This document shows positions 11,827 through 24,245 of a stretch of 64,000 bases of DNA, piece by piece. The position numbers and the translations under genes were made by a program. Within the stretch, counting starts at the first letter, position 1. Every line of letters begins with the position of its first letter. Below the pieces are notes generated by a model that worked only from the letters and a program-made list of their open reading frames with translations, did no database searches and was not told the origin of the DNA. Origin of the DNA: Neoconidiobolus thromboides FSU 785 (taxonomy: Eukaryota > Fungi > Entomophthoromycota); assembly GCA_025603075.1 (NCBI GenBank), contig MU626308.1:1-64000 (forward strand). The letters run 5' to 3'.

Positions 11827-12227
11827 ATATACTACAATTTTTATAGTGTATTAACTAATTTGAAAATTAAAAACATTATTTTATAAAATAGATAGTGATT
11901 GAATCATCTAATTATTTCAATAAAATTAAAATTCAATAAACTTTAATGAATAAACTTTAAATTAAAATATCAATAATAGTTATTAAAAATAACAAATATT
12001 TAATTGAAATATATTAATTAAGCTCCAGATTTATTGCTAATAAAGGTGAAATATATATATATTATAGTTGCAATCATTTTAATTTTATTGTATTAAATTT
12101 TCTATCATTAATCTATCAAAAAATTAGTATTAGTATTGGTTTTAATATTAATTTATATAGTAATCATATATTGCTTCTACATACTATAAATACAATATTA
12201 GTTTTATTTTGAGTTTAATTTTTTAAA

Positions 12228-12844
12228 ATGTATCAGAGCTATAGCAACTGTTCTTATACATACTATGGTAAAACAATTTAAGTTACTTTAATCAAAATTA
12301 ATAAAAAATAGGTATTATAAAAGATGAAAATGACGCCAAAGAAATTATAGGTAGGGCTTCATAATGATTTTTATTACTTTTATTTATTTTTTTAGAGAAA
12401 TGCCATCATGGTCAACTAAAAATTATAAGAGACCGTTTAACAGAAAGTCAAAAGCAAAACATTGAACCTGGACATGTTTTTGTTCATATTAAAAGTAAGG
12501 ATGGTATAATAAGATGGACAGATGGCAAGTGCTGGACACCTTCAAAAGTAGTTGCCCCTTTTTTACTTTATTATGAACTGCTACGTAGATACCCCCGTTA
12601 TGGCATAAACAATTCAATACTTCACCCAGATGACGAAGATGATTTTAAGAGACTAAAAAAGGATCATAACTCAGGTATTCGAATCAATGAAGGAGGAATC
12701 GAAATAAAACAGAAGGGTTTTTTTCTTTATAAAAGTGAAGGGTTTTTAAAAAAGACATATACCTATGAAATAGATGGAATAGCTTATAAACTAATAGCAT
12801 ATGAAACTTATAGTGAGCCTTTATTAGAAAATAATAAAAAATAA
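12228..12844 (+). CDS. Gti1/Pac2 (WOPR-domain) transcription factor, 3 exons, 175 aa; not in the ORF track
   Basis: Exons 12228-12267, 12312-12350, 12396-12844 give TYYGIIKDENDAKEIIEKC...RLTESQKQNIEPGHVFV...GIIRWTDGKCWTPSK...FLLYYEL...GFLKKTYTYEIDGIAYKLIAY, matching the WOPRa and WOPRb motifs. Confidence 0.85.
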
Positions 12845-12944
12845 AAAAATAATCACTTTCTCTCCTTTTCTTCTACATTTTTCTCTTCCTTTGTTTGACA
12901 TAAGTACTTCCTTTACATTATTAAATTTGATGTGTAAAAATAGA

Positions 12945-13789
12945 TTAATTATTAATATTAGTATCATTATATTTATCTTTAAATATCCACGAATTTCCAA
13001 CCAAACCAACCCCTTGATCATGTGCCAATCTAAAATAATATGCTGCTTTGTTTTTATCCTTTTTTACTCCAATACCATTTAAATAACAGTGCCCTAATTC
13101 GTTTTGCGAATCTGGATCCCCTAACTTGGCAGCTATTTCAAAATAATAAGCAGCAGTCTCTTTATTCCTAGATACTCCCCAACCGTGGCTAAAACATATA
13201 CCTAGTTCATGTATAGCTATAGTTAATTCATGCTTTGCAACTGAACAATCTGAATTTTTTATTGTATTTAAATCAATTATTGCGGATTCAGCAGAATGTT
13301 GTAAACATTGAAATGCTAATAAAGTATCGACTTCACATCCCTATATGAAATAATAAATTATTAAATTTGTTTTGAAGTATATATAACTTAAAGTATTTCC
13401 AATTGATATATGTACAAAAAAATAATTACCCAACCATGTCTAAGTGATATACCTAATAAAAATAGGCCGAGAGGATGGTTTTGTGAAGCAGCTATCTTTA
13501 ATAATTCCGTTGCTTCCTCAAGTTTGCCCTCTTCATGGAGTAATAGTGCTTTATGGACACATTCATCCGGAGTAGGTAATTTATCGATTGTTGCTTGCGG
13601 AAATATTATACTTGGATCAAAATTTGATTTATTTATCAGATAGCGCAAATCTGGCTGAGAATTAGCCATTATAGTTTCGCGGTTATATCCCACTTTACTT
13701 TCTTCTACCAGAGACATTCTACTTGATGTTGTTTTAGTTCTCTTCAACCCAAAAGCACTTTTTAATAAATCCATTTTAAAGTTTTTCAA
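12945..13789 (-). CDS. Sel1-like repeat protein (Dsf2-like), 2 exons
   Basis: LFLLGISLRHGW|GCEVD, ELGICFSHGWGV, ELGHCYLNGIGVKKD Sel1 repeats after removing one GT-AG intron. Confidence 0.85.
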
Positions 13790-14117
13790 TAATTAAAAAA
13801 GTGTTAACTCCTCTCCTTTATTTAATTTATAATGTATTGACTTAAGTATAACTGAATCGCATAAACCAATTAGCAAAAAGCTCACTTTAATTTATTGGAA
13901 ATGACAAAATTTAATATAAGAAATGGTAGAACATGAAACTAAGTTAAGATTTAAGCAAGCTTGTTGTTAAGAATAAGATGTAATATATATATAATAGCAT
14001 ATTTACAGCAGTAGGTTAAAATTTAATCTTCGTTTTAAATATAACATATATCTTTTAGATACAATATCTAAAAAAGACACGTTTTTGGTTATTTTAAACC
14101 TTCTAAACACTAGAAAT

Positions 14118-14210
14118 GGTGATATATTTTTTATTTAAGAATTTCACTAACAATTTTTCTTCTCAATGGCGCTAAAAAATGGAAAAAGTGATGAAATAAA
14201 AATATATCCA
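14118..14210 (+). mobile_element. Degenerate MITE family copy
   Basis: AAAT|GGTGATAT...GGCGCTAAAAAATGGAAAAAGTGATG...ATATCCA|ATAT. Confidence 0.75.
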
Positions 14211-14447
14211 ATATACTACTATTCTTATTTTTAATTTAATGGAAATAATTTTGCAGTATTCTACTGCGTTATTATACTGGTTTTTTGCACTTATTTTACT
14301 GAATTGATATTTTGTGAAATTATTACACATTTTTATCTTTGATAATATTAAAGTGGATTCAAATTTGACTATTAAAAAAATAATTTATAGACATCTAAAC
14401 TTTATAAAGTACAATCAAATATAGTTAATTTTATTAAGTGCGAAAAC

Positions 14448-17251
14448 ATGACTGGTCAATCTAATAAGTAATGAGCTTTATATTTTAATTATGAACTTAT
14501 TAACATTTTTTAGTAATCCCTTTGACTTAAAATCAGATGCTAAAAAAGATTCTGAAAATCAGCCCACTTCTAGAGTAGAGAACAAATCATTATTTGGATT
14601 TAACACTAATCTAACAAACTTAACTAAGCCTTCAGATACCCAAGCTCAATCTACTACACCTATGTTTGGAAGTAAATCTACAACTAATACTTTTGCTTTT
14701 CAGTCACTTAACCCTTCATCATCAAATTTGTCTGAAAAACATACATCCAATTCTACAAATGAAGCTTCAAAAAATACCCAATTTAGCTTTGGGTCCATGT
14801 CAGCAAAAAGTCCATTTGGTGAAAAAAGTAGTTTCTTAAGCGCATCTGGAGACCAATCGAATGCAAGTAAAAGTAATGATATATCAAAAAATAGCTTGTT
14901 TGGTTCTCCATCTAATGCAAATACTTCTACAACAAATATCTTCAGTAACCAGTCAAAGCCTAATCTAACTTTTAGTGCTCAATCTGCTATAACTACATCA
15001 GGTTTATCATCCAAGCAAGAGCCATCTACTCCTTCCAAGGAAGTCTCATTCGGTGACCAATGGGGCTCTAAAGGTTCTGGATCAAATTCATTTTCTAAAC
15101 CACCAAGTAATATGTTTGGAAAGAATGTACTTGAAAATCAAGCTACAAACAATTCAAATGTAAAAAGCATGTTTGGAACACAAAATACCTCTTCAACCAG
15201 CTCACCTGGACTCTTAGGTAATCAAAGTAACTCTATTAATTCATTTCCTTTTGGAAACAATAGTGCTTCTAATACAGGTTTATTCAATACTCAAAATAAA
15301 TCAGAATCAAATGAAACAGAAAAACAACCTAGTAACACATTAAATGTAACCGAAAATCGCTCAACTACTACTACTCCTTCAGCGAATTTATTTAGTAATC
15401 AAGCAACTGGTAGCGCTTCTTCTTCTAATTTGTTCGCAAAGCAGCCAGCTGCTAGCGCTGCTCCTTCTTCTAATTTATTTGGAGGCCAATCAACTACTAG
15501 TACTGCTCCTTCTTCTAATTTATTTGGAGGCCAATCAACTACTAGTACTGCTNNNNNNNNNNNNNNNNNNNNNNNNNNNNNNNNNNNNNNNNNNNNNNNN
15601 NNNNNNNNNNNNNNNNNNNNNNNNNNNNNNNNNNNNNNNNNNNNNNNNNNNNAATCAACTACTAGTACTGCTCCTTCTTCTAGTTTGTTCGAAAAGCAGC
15701 CAGCTACTAGCACTGCTCCTTCTTCTAATTTATTTGGAGGCCAATCAGCAACCACTACTGCTCCCTCTCTAAATTTATTTGGAGCCCAAAACAGCCCTTC
15801 ACAAAGTAAAACCAACAGTCAACCCATGCCCACAACGAGCGCACAAGGGAGCCAGATCAATTCTACAAATGCAGCAGATAATAAAACTTCGAGTTTTCAA
15901 TTTCCTTCAACCACAGCCTCAACAGCTTTATCAGGAAATCAAGCTACAAATAATACAACCGCTACAGATAAACAAACATCGAATTTGTTTGGCTCCCAGA
16001 CAAATAGTCAACCAAAAACCACAAATAATATATTTGGAAGCCAAGCTGCTGCACCTTCTACTCAAGCGCCAACTTCATCACTCAATGCTAGGTAAATTCA
16101 ACTATGATATTATTACTTAATCTAATAAGCTTTAAGCACTTCGGCTGGATCAGTGACGACTCAAGCACCAACGAGTAATTTATTCGGAGAAAAAAGGTAA
16201 TCATATCAATTAACTTGAATATCTTAACGAATATAATAACTAGGTCATCCGCCTCTGAAAATCAATTTTCGGCTCAAGCACCTATATCAACTCAACCCAC
16301 GATAAGGTATTATTAATATTTATTATAAAGTAAGCAACTAATAGTTCAAACAGTACTACAAATGTACTTGGAGAAAAAGTAAGTGAACCCGCTTCTACTT
16401 CAGGAGTACCTGTAAGTAGCTCGACAGTCAATGCACTTGGATCTTCAACAAAGTAACGCTTTAAAATTAGTATAATATTCGATTATTTATTTGTTTGTTT
16501 TAGTATACAAGCTAATGCTTCAAATGATAAAAAAAATGAACATGTAGTTAAAGAGTATGATTTGAATCCAAATCAAACTGTTGGAGAATTTATGGCTGAA
16601 CAACTAAAAAGATTACAACAGCTTCAATCTCATTATAATACAAAAAGCGCAGAGTTATTTGAAATTGATAATAAAGTTAAACTTGATGGTGGAAAGGTAA
16701 TTATATTATTTAAATATATTGCCTAAAATACAAACTATTTTATTTAGATAAACAGAATTTATAAAACACTTGAGCAGTTAGAAAATAGCCAGAACACTAT
16801 TATTAATTATTTAGACTATATGGAAAAGGAACAAAAGGAGATAGAAACTATCCTACTTGAAGGCGAGCGTTCATTCCAAAATGCGTATGCCCTTAGAGAT
16901 AGTTACAAAAAGTCCGAAAGTTCCACTTTGACAAGTGCAGCCGTCATTAAAGATTTAGAAAGAGAAAAACTATATTCCATGGTAGACATTATTAACCATA
17001 GAGCAATTGAAGCAACAAAGGATCTATCAGAGCTTGCTTCTGCTTCAAATGAAATGATGTCTAAGATTTTTGAAGGAATTGTAGGTTTTAATTATTTATA
17101 TAGAATAGAGTATTGATTAATTATTGTTAAATAGGATCCATCGCTTAGACAAAATGTAGATGGATTCAAGTATGAAAGTAAATTGACTAGAAATATTGTA
17201 AGGGAAATGAAAAAAGAAGCTTCAATCATGGGTTTCAAAAATGAGCAATAA
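14448..17251 (+). CDS. NSP1: FG-repeat nucleoporin Nsp1/Nup62-like, multi-exon; contains an assembly gap
   Basis: SLFG/NLFG/MFG repeats followed by a C-terminal coiled coil (QTVGEFMAEQLKRLQ...EREKLYSMVDII); 20-nt first exon, then intron 14468-14513. Confidence 0.75.
15418..15780 (+). repeat. 45-bp coding tandem repeat (APSSNLFGGQSTTST) spanning a 100-N gap at 15553-15652
   Basis: Near-identical units on both sides of the N run. Confidence 0.9.
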
Positions 17252-17482
17252 AAATGTAACCACAAAAAAAACATTAAAACATCTATAGTTTTAATATACT
17301 CAAGCATTTTTAATAAAAAAAAGTATATATAAAGTATTTTTATTAACTGTCAATTTCATGTAAACGATAATGATTAAAATTATAAAAAAATAAAAAAATA
17401 AAATTGGTAGTATACGTTTAATAAAATTCAATTTGATTGAAATAAATAGTAAAAATCAAATCTAACATGTATAGCACTATAA

Positions 17483-19280
17483 CTAATGGAGTAGATTTGA
17501 GAGCCTTCTGAAAGTTTTCTTTTTGGCTGGAATGGTTGATGCAATTTCTGCAGGGGTTGGAACTTTTTCTTTAGTTAAAGGCATCATTTTTCTGCACCAT
17601 AATCTTCTTCGTGTAAAAGAATCAATTCGAGGGGAGTTACTTGGCCCTTCCCATAAATTATTATAATATACCCATCCATCTTTATCAGGTTGTATTGGTT
17701 TACACCACGTAGTATCTATTTGCCAACCTTCAGTAGCCCATTGGAAATCTTGGTCAGCACTTTGATTATAAATTGCCGAATACTCTTCATCTCCTTTAAA
17801 ATTACTCCATAAGGGACGCTCTGTCGCAAGTAATTGCTCTTTCCATCCTAAAATAGCCCACCATCTAAATTAATAGAAATTAATACCAAACTATATTCAT
17901 ATGTAATAATAAACGTATTAAAAATTACCTTTGATTTTCGAATACTTCTTTTATTCTTGGTCTTATTCCTGTTTTGATATCCGGAGATCCTAGACCAGAG
18001 GCTGAAAATACTTTTGATGCCCTACCTAAATGAGTTGAAAGTTCATCTACCAATAATGGTGATAATGTAACAAATATTGCCAGCATCAACGGGTTATTGG
18101 ATAGTAATACAACACACCCACCCATCATAAAAATATAATTTAAAGGTATAAGGTAAACAATTAAAAAAGATAATGGCAGTCCTATTCCAGTAAATAAAAC
18201 AGCATTTGGACTATTCAACTTTTGTTCAATTACTTCCCAATTGTCGGTAAAATAAGAATAGACCTCTGTATATGTGCCCATTAAATTCTGTACGAACTGC
18301 ATGTTTTGTGCATAAATCATGGTAGGAGATGCTTTATCTTTATCTTCTTGATTTACTTCCTCCAACAATATTTTATTTTCTTCTTTTCTGTAAGCTTTTA
18401 TATAACTATTACCTAAATAATACCAAAACCCCAAATGTGGTAATAATAAAATCCATAAAGGTCTATAACAGAATAGGCAATAAGCTGATAAAAAAATCCA
18501 AGTTTTATAAGGATATTCCCAAGTGATTAAAGATAATAATTGTTCATAGCCTAGACGCATTGGAGTTATACGCGTTATAAATTTAGTAAAATTCTGAGGA
18601 GTTGTGGTTAATAATCCCAATTTTGGCTGCTCTCTGACATTTCGAAGCTGTTTTTTATGATTAGCTGCCTGTTGAATAACATCTTTGAAAATAGTATCCA
18701 GAGTTGGTTTAACGTCATTATCTTTCGTTAAAGAAGAGTTAGTGAAATCACTACTAGCATAGCGCCTTAGGCTTTGTGATATGTTTTTATTGTATCCTAT
18801 ACTAGAATGAGATTTTGTATCACTTGTTCCTAAATTGTTATCCAAAGAAATATCATCGTTATCTATAGTTCCGTTTAAAGAGTCATCCTTAGAAATCTCA
18901 GACTCCATACTGTCATTAATCTCAGCGGTAACTATAACTTTATCTGGCAAGGCTGGAGCAACCCCTCCTTTAGGGTTTCCATTAACAAACTGATGGATCA
19001 AATTCTCTTTTGTTATATTCTCTTCTTTATTTAACCTTGGAGAAGAAACAGGAGTTAATATTTCTTCTATTTTATTTGAGTCTATTTCTACTTCTTTACA
19101 CGGAAGCTTTTCTACATCTTTAAGACAGGTTGGATGACATACAAAGCCGCATTTTTGGCACGTTAAACCTTGTTTCACTAAACCCCATAAAAATTTATCA
19201 CAATGATCACAACGTGTAAATTTGGAAAATGTAGTTCTTATCAACTTGTGTGTTTTAATTTCTTCTTTAGTATCATCCAT
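17483..19280 (-). CDS. C1 (DAG-binding type) domain + Pex24/Pex23-family peroxin with DysF-like C-terminus, 2 exons
   Basis: HKLIRTTFSKFTRCDHCDKFLWGLVKQGLTCQKCGFVCHPTC (C1); LITWEYPYKTW...TM segments; EVFENQR|WW...GWQID...DGWVY...FTRRRLWCR. Confidence 0.82.
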
Positions 19281-19829
19281 ATTGATATGATAAATAATAA
19301 AATTATTAAATTACTATACCACTTTTACTGAAAGTATATAATCGATTTTATATTTTGAAAAAATCAATTTTATAGTTCACTTTAATTTATGACGAAAGTA
19401 TTTCATTATACCTTTATTTGGCCATAATTATGTATTTGAATTTACTCTTAATTACCACTTAAAGCTGATCCATAAAGTATTCACTAATTTAAAGCTATTT
19501 AAGTTTGAATTAATGTTATTTAGCTATTCATTTTACAATAAAATTTTAGACGTAAATTCATGTTGCTTGTAAATTAGGCTCTAAAAAAATCAGCCAAATG
19601 AATGATTGCCGAAGAATTTTTGAAAAATTGCTCACTTAAACTTAAATGACTACATTCACAAAATGTTGAAAATGATTCTGATTGGAAAGTTCTGGAATAA
19701 AGTTATAACAAACTTATTAAAAATCAACTAATATCAAAAAGAATGATATTATAGAAGTAGAACAAAGATTGTTAAAAGACTACTTGTATCAAACTATTTA
19801 ATTATTTTACATTGTATAGTCAAATCATA

Positions 19830-22298
19830 ATGTCAATAAAAAGTAAATCCAATGGCAAAAACGAATTAGATGAAGAATATACTGAGTTAGGTAGATTTGA
19901 TGATGTACTTACTGTATTATTATTAGATCAACTTAATCTTTGGTTTAAAACGAGGAAATTTCATCCAAACCATTTATTGGTTAAAAAGCCACATATCAAC
20001 TTTATTTTAAATATACATAGCTTAATTTTTACTCTAGTAGTATTAAAGGGTAAATTGTTAGATGCAACTAATTTAATCATAAAGTAATTTAATTGTATAT
20101 CATATTTTAAAACTACTAACTTATTTAGCCTATTATCACAGAAAAAATTGGTTCTAAATAATCCTTATATTTCGACGAAATCAACTAAAGAGTAAATATT
20201 TTCTCATTTATTACTATAATATTGACAATTTTTAGACATATAGCACGTTATTTATCTATATATCATCCAGAAGCAGGCTTTGAAATAACAGATACTCACC
20301 AATACGAACAATATAAAACTAGCGATAATATCAATAAAAACTATGGACAAGCTAGAGTATTAGCTACAAAAAAATTCAAGACAGAAAGTATTATAACACA
20401 TTTGATGGGATTGTTTTCTCCTATCGACGAGGAACTATTAGATAAACTCAAATCAAAAGGTTTAGATTTTTCAGTCATGATATCAAGTCGTACAAATAAA
20501 AATTGTTTATTACTTGGGCCTGCTAGGTTTGTGAACCATGATTGTAACCCAAATGCAAAATTCCACTTTTTAGCACCACATATAATTACATTTAAAGTTA
20601 TAAGGAATATTCAATTTGGCGAAGAAATAACAGTATCATATGGTGATAATTATTTTGGTGAAAATAATAAAGAATGCTTATGTTCGACTTGCAAAAGGTA
20701 TAATATTAATTATTAATAAAGTAATTATTTAAAGAAGTATTTTTAGTAATAAAATATTAAAAGAAAATAAGGATTCACCAATAAAAAGGAAAGGATACAC
20801 CATGAGAAGACTTAAGGTGTTTAATAATGAAGAAATATCAATAGGTAAATAATATATATCATTATAAAAGAGTGATACTATTAAACTTAAAGATATAAAT
20901 TTGCTTCCAAAGGCATCGTCAAATATACCATATTTTGAACAAAGTAACAACAAAGCAAATAAAGGTAAGTATTACTTATATCCAAATATAGTTAACTAAT
21001 GATATTTCTAAATCAATAAAGTGAAACTATCCCCAGTAACTGAAATTAGTGACGATGACTCATCTTGTACTTGGTGTTATAACCCTTGTGAAACAGAAAT
21101 AATCACAATTAACAATAAGCCTAGAATATTTTTAAATGGGATAGAAGGCACTTTTATGGAGGGATTAGATGAATTAATTCATCCAGTTGATGAGCCAACG
21201 ACATGTTGTTTACGTTGCAGTCGTCATTATGAAATATTCGGATTACCATGGCCTCATCGCAAATACCCCAAAAAAATACTCCCTGATTTAAAAGCGATAA
21301 ATTTTGACTTAAAATTGACTAACAATAATAAACCAACAATAGTAACTCCAGTATCCAAAAAGGTATCAAAGATACTTCCACCAACTCCTTCACCAACCCA
21401 TTCAACTCCTGAATCCAGCCTTTCTATTAAAAAAGAAATTAATCTCTCAGATATACCAAAAGAATTATATGAAATAAATGAAGAGTACAATGAAAGGGAT
21501 TTAGTGTTTATAGACCCTTGGGATAAAGATGCTTCATGCTTTTGGCCAGCAATAGTAGTTCCTATCAAAGAAATTGATCGTAATACTATGATTCCCATCA
21601 AAGATAAAGAAAAATATTTAGTAGTCCGTAGACTTGATACTACAAGCTACCAAGTAGTTGACAAACGGGGTGTCTATAAATTTGATCCTTTTGGAGCTAC
21701 TTTTCAATCCTTTTTAAAACAAGATCCTTCTTTTATAGAGCGTTCCGGGATAAGGGCTTCTTTGTGTTACTATAAAACCAACTGCCCCCCGCCAAATTTT
21801 ATGTGGCGTAAGTGGCAAACCAAATTTGCTGCTGGGCAGTGGGATCATGATAGTAAAGATAACTTAGGCATAAAAAAAACGAAAAGTGTATTAAGTTATT
21901 TTGAAGAATTGGAAATTATTTCACGAAGGGAAGAGGAACTAAAAGAAACAACTACAAAATACCATCTTAGAGAGGATGAAACGGCCAATGCTATATTCCC
22001 AAAGGAAGGCTTTAGTGAACATGTAGTAAAAGTCAAAGAAGTAATATTTTGGAATGATACATTGGGATCAGATGCTAAGAAAGGGGTATTACCAGGCTTA
22101 AATTATTACGTTGAATTAATCGGAACTGATACACATCGGTATATTCAACCAGAACAAGTATTATCTTTAAATGCAGAAAATAACAAGAGAAAAAATAATT
22201 TAGAAGAAAATACAGCTACTAAGAAAAGAACAAAGTTACCTCAAAGAGGATTCATAAAAGAAAGACTGAGAAGTAGTACAAAATTAAATAAAAATTAA
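19830..22298 (+). CDS. SET9: H4K20 methyltransferase Set9/KMT5 with C-terminal PWWP-like module, multi-exon
   Basis: FDDVLTVLLLDQLNLWFKTRK; LLLGPARFVNHDCNPNA...GEEITVSYGDNYFGENNKECLCSTC; CLRCSRHYEIFGLPWPHR; later CFWPAIVVP. Confidence 0.88.
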
Positions 22299-22415
22299 TA
22301 AAATAAACGACTTAAATTAATGATTAAATCCAATGTATATTTATATAACTTTATACTTTTATTTCATTTTTCTCAAAGCTTGGTATAGATCATTTTTTAA
22401 AAAAATTGTACTATA

Positions 22416-22760
22416 CTATCTTTTAAATATTAATTGATCAAATAGTAATTCAGTAAACTTTTTCCTATACAGAGGCGACACTTCACTTAATAAAGAATCC
22501 ATGGATTCATATATATTTCCAACATAATTTTGTATAGGTTGAGAATTTTGAATCTAAACTAGTTATAAATAAATTAAATCTATAGATAAAATGTTTACTA
22601 AAAAGCCCCTATCAGATAATACGATAGTTAATTTAATATTCTCTAGTATTTCTATTTCTACTTTATTTTCACCTATTTGCTTAAAACTATCCACTTTGTA
22701 TCCATATTTGCCTATTTTTTTAATATCTTCAATTTCTTGTAATAAAAATTCTTGATCCAT
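22416..22760 (-). CDS. GSKIP-domain (DUF727) protein, 2 exons
   Basis: IEILENIKLTIVLSDRGFL|IQ...YESMDSLLSEVSPLYRKKFTELLFDQL resembles the GSKIP signature. Confidence 0.72.
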
Positions 22761-23128
22761 TTAAACTTAAAAAATAACTTTAATCTGAACTTTTAATACG
22801 ATTATTAACTAAATCATATAATTGCACATTTTAAACTGTTTGCAATTTAATCAGAATTATTTTAATTAAACTTCTCTCAGCAAAAGAAACTTTTAAATTT
22901 AATAATATGGTTTATTGATTATGTATTATTGGATTTATTAATAGTTTTACTTTTTGTATTTTGGTAATAAGCAGTAGCTTATTAATTTATTAAATTTATA
23001 ATGTCACATTAGCATATAAAGTTTTATTTTTTTATTTTTTTTATCTTTCAAAAATAAATATTAAAAAACTATTCATAACTAAATATAATAGTAACAACTG
23101 TTCTTAAAATATAAGGCTTCTAATATAT

Positions 23129-23227
23129 GGTGATGTTTTTTTGACTTCATTACTTTTTCCATCTTTTAAGTGCTATTTGGAGTGGAAAAATTGTTAGTAA
23201 AATTGCTAAATACAAAAATGCATCCCT
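23129..23227 (-). mobile_element. ~98-bp MITE family copy (reverse)
   Basis: ATAT|GGTGATG...CATCCCT|ATAT. Confidence 0.88.
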
Positions 23228-23248
23228 ATATCTTAAGATTTATTAAAT

Positions 23249-23346
23249 GAGGATATATTTTTGTGTTTAAGAATTTTACTAACAAATTTTCCGCTTAAAT
23301 AGCGCTTAAGAATGGAAAAAATAATGAAATCAAAAAAAACACTCCC
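23249..23346 (+). mobile_element. ~98-bp MITE family copy
   Basis: AAAT|GAGGATAT...CACTCCC|AAAT; the non-palindromic direct repeat supports a 4-bp TSD. Confidence 0.9.
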
Positions 23347-23374
23347 AAATTTTACTTACAAATATGTATTATAT

Positions 23375-23463
23375 GGGGATATATTTTTTTAAGAATTCAT
23401 TAGCAATCTTTCCACTCAAATAGCACTTAAAAATGAAAAGTGATAAAACTAAAAAACATCCCC
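23375..23463 (+). mobile_element. MITE family copy (shortened)
   Basis: ATAT|GGGGATAT...CATCCCC|ATAT. Confidence 0.86.
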
Positions 23464-24148
23464 ATATATTAATCTAGATTTATAAAGCAAACTAACTAGT
23501 TTAGGGACTAAGTAGTTAAAAGTAAAGAGGATAAGGAGAATGGAGATGTCATGTAAATGAAGAAATTCTAACTCAATACTATTGGTTGTAGGTTTTAGAA
23601 AATTATACTTCATTACTTGAAACCCAATCTCATACAAAGCAATCCCATTTATATCTAAGAATGACAGAAGCGTTACAATAAGCAATTTGTGGTCTGAGGA
23701 GAATTTCATACATATAAAGTGACTAGTCTAAGGATTTTTGATCAAGACGAAAGCTTGTTGTAGTGGGAGAAATAAATTAGGCTATTTTACTAGAAAAATA
23801 AAATAATCCATTTATTTATTATTAGTATATTTGATAGTTATATCATATTTAACATGAATCCTTAACTTTTAATTAACAAAAACAATATAAATATATAAGT
23901 AATAATATATATATGTTAATGAGGCTAATTGCAATTTATGAATATTTGCAATCATTAAAATGACGAATATGATTTAAAGTTCATATACATTAATATCTGT
24001 TAATTATTTTTATTAACTATAACTTTTATTAACTATATAGATATAGCTTTAGTTTAAGGATTATAAGCTAATTTTCTTATTGCAAAAATAATTCATGATA
24101 GTTATTAAATTAACAAAATAAATTATTGTTTGTTTGAAGTTATTATAT

Positions 24149-24245
24149 GGGGATGTATTTTTGTTTAAGAATTTTACTAACAAATTTTCCGCTTAAATAG
24201 CGCTTAAAAAATGGAAAAAATAATGAAGTCAAAAAAAACGGTCCC
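24149..24245 (+). mobile_element. ~98-bp MITE family copy
   Basis: ATAT|GGGGATG...CGGTCCC|ATAT. Confidence 0.9.

Noticed and set aside
15399-16120. Alternative-frame and antisense ORFs over the nucleoporin repeats
   Set aside because: Shadows of the tandem FG-repeat coding sequence.
23449-23709. 86-aa minus-strand ORF and a stop-riddled plus-strand frame
   Set aside because: Ends inside a MITE and has no recognisable domain; at most an unidentifiable relic.
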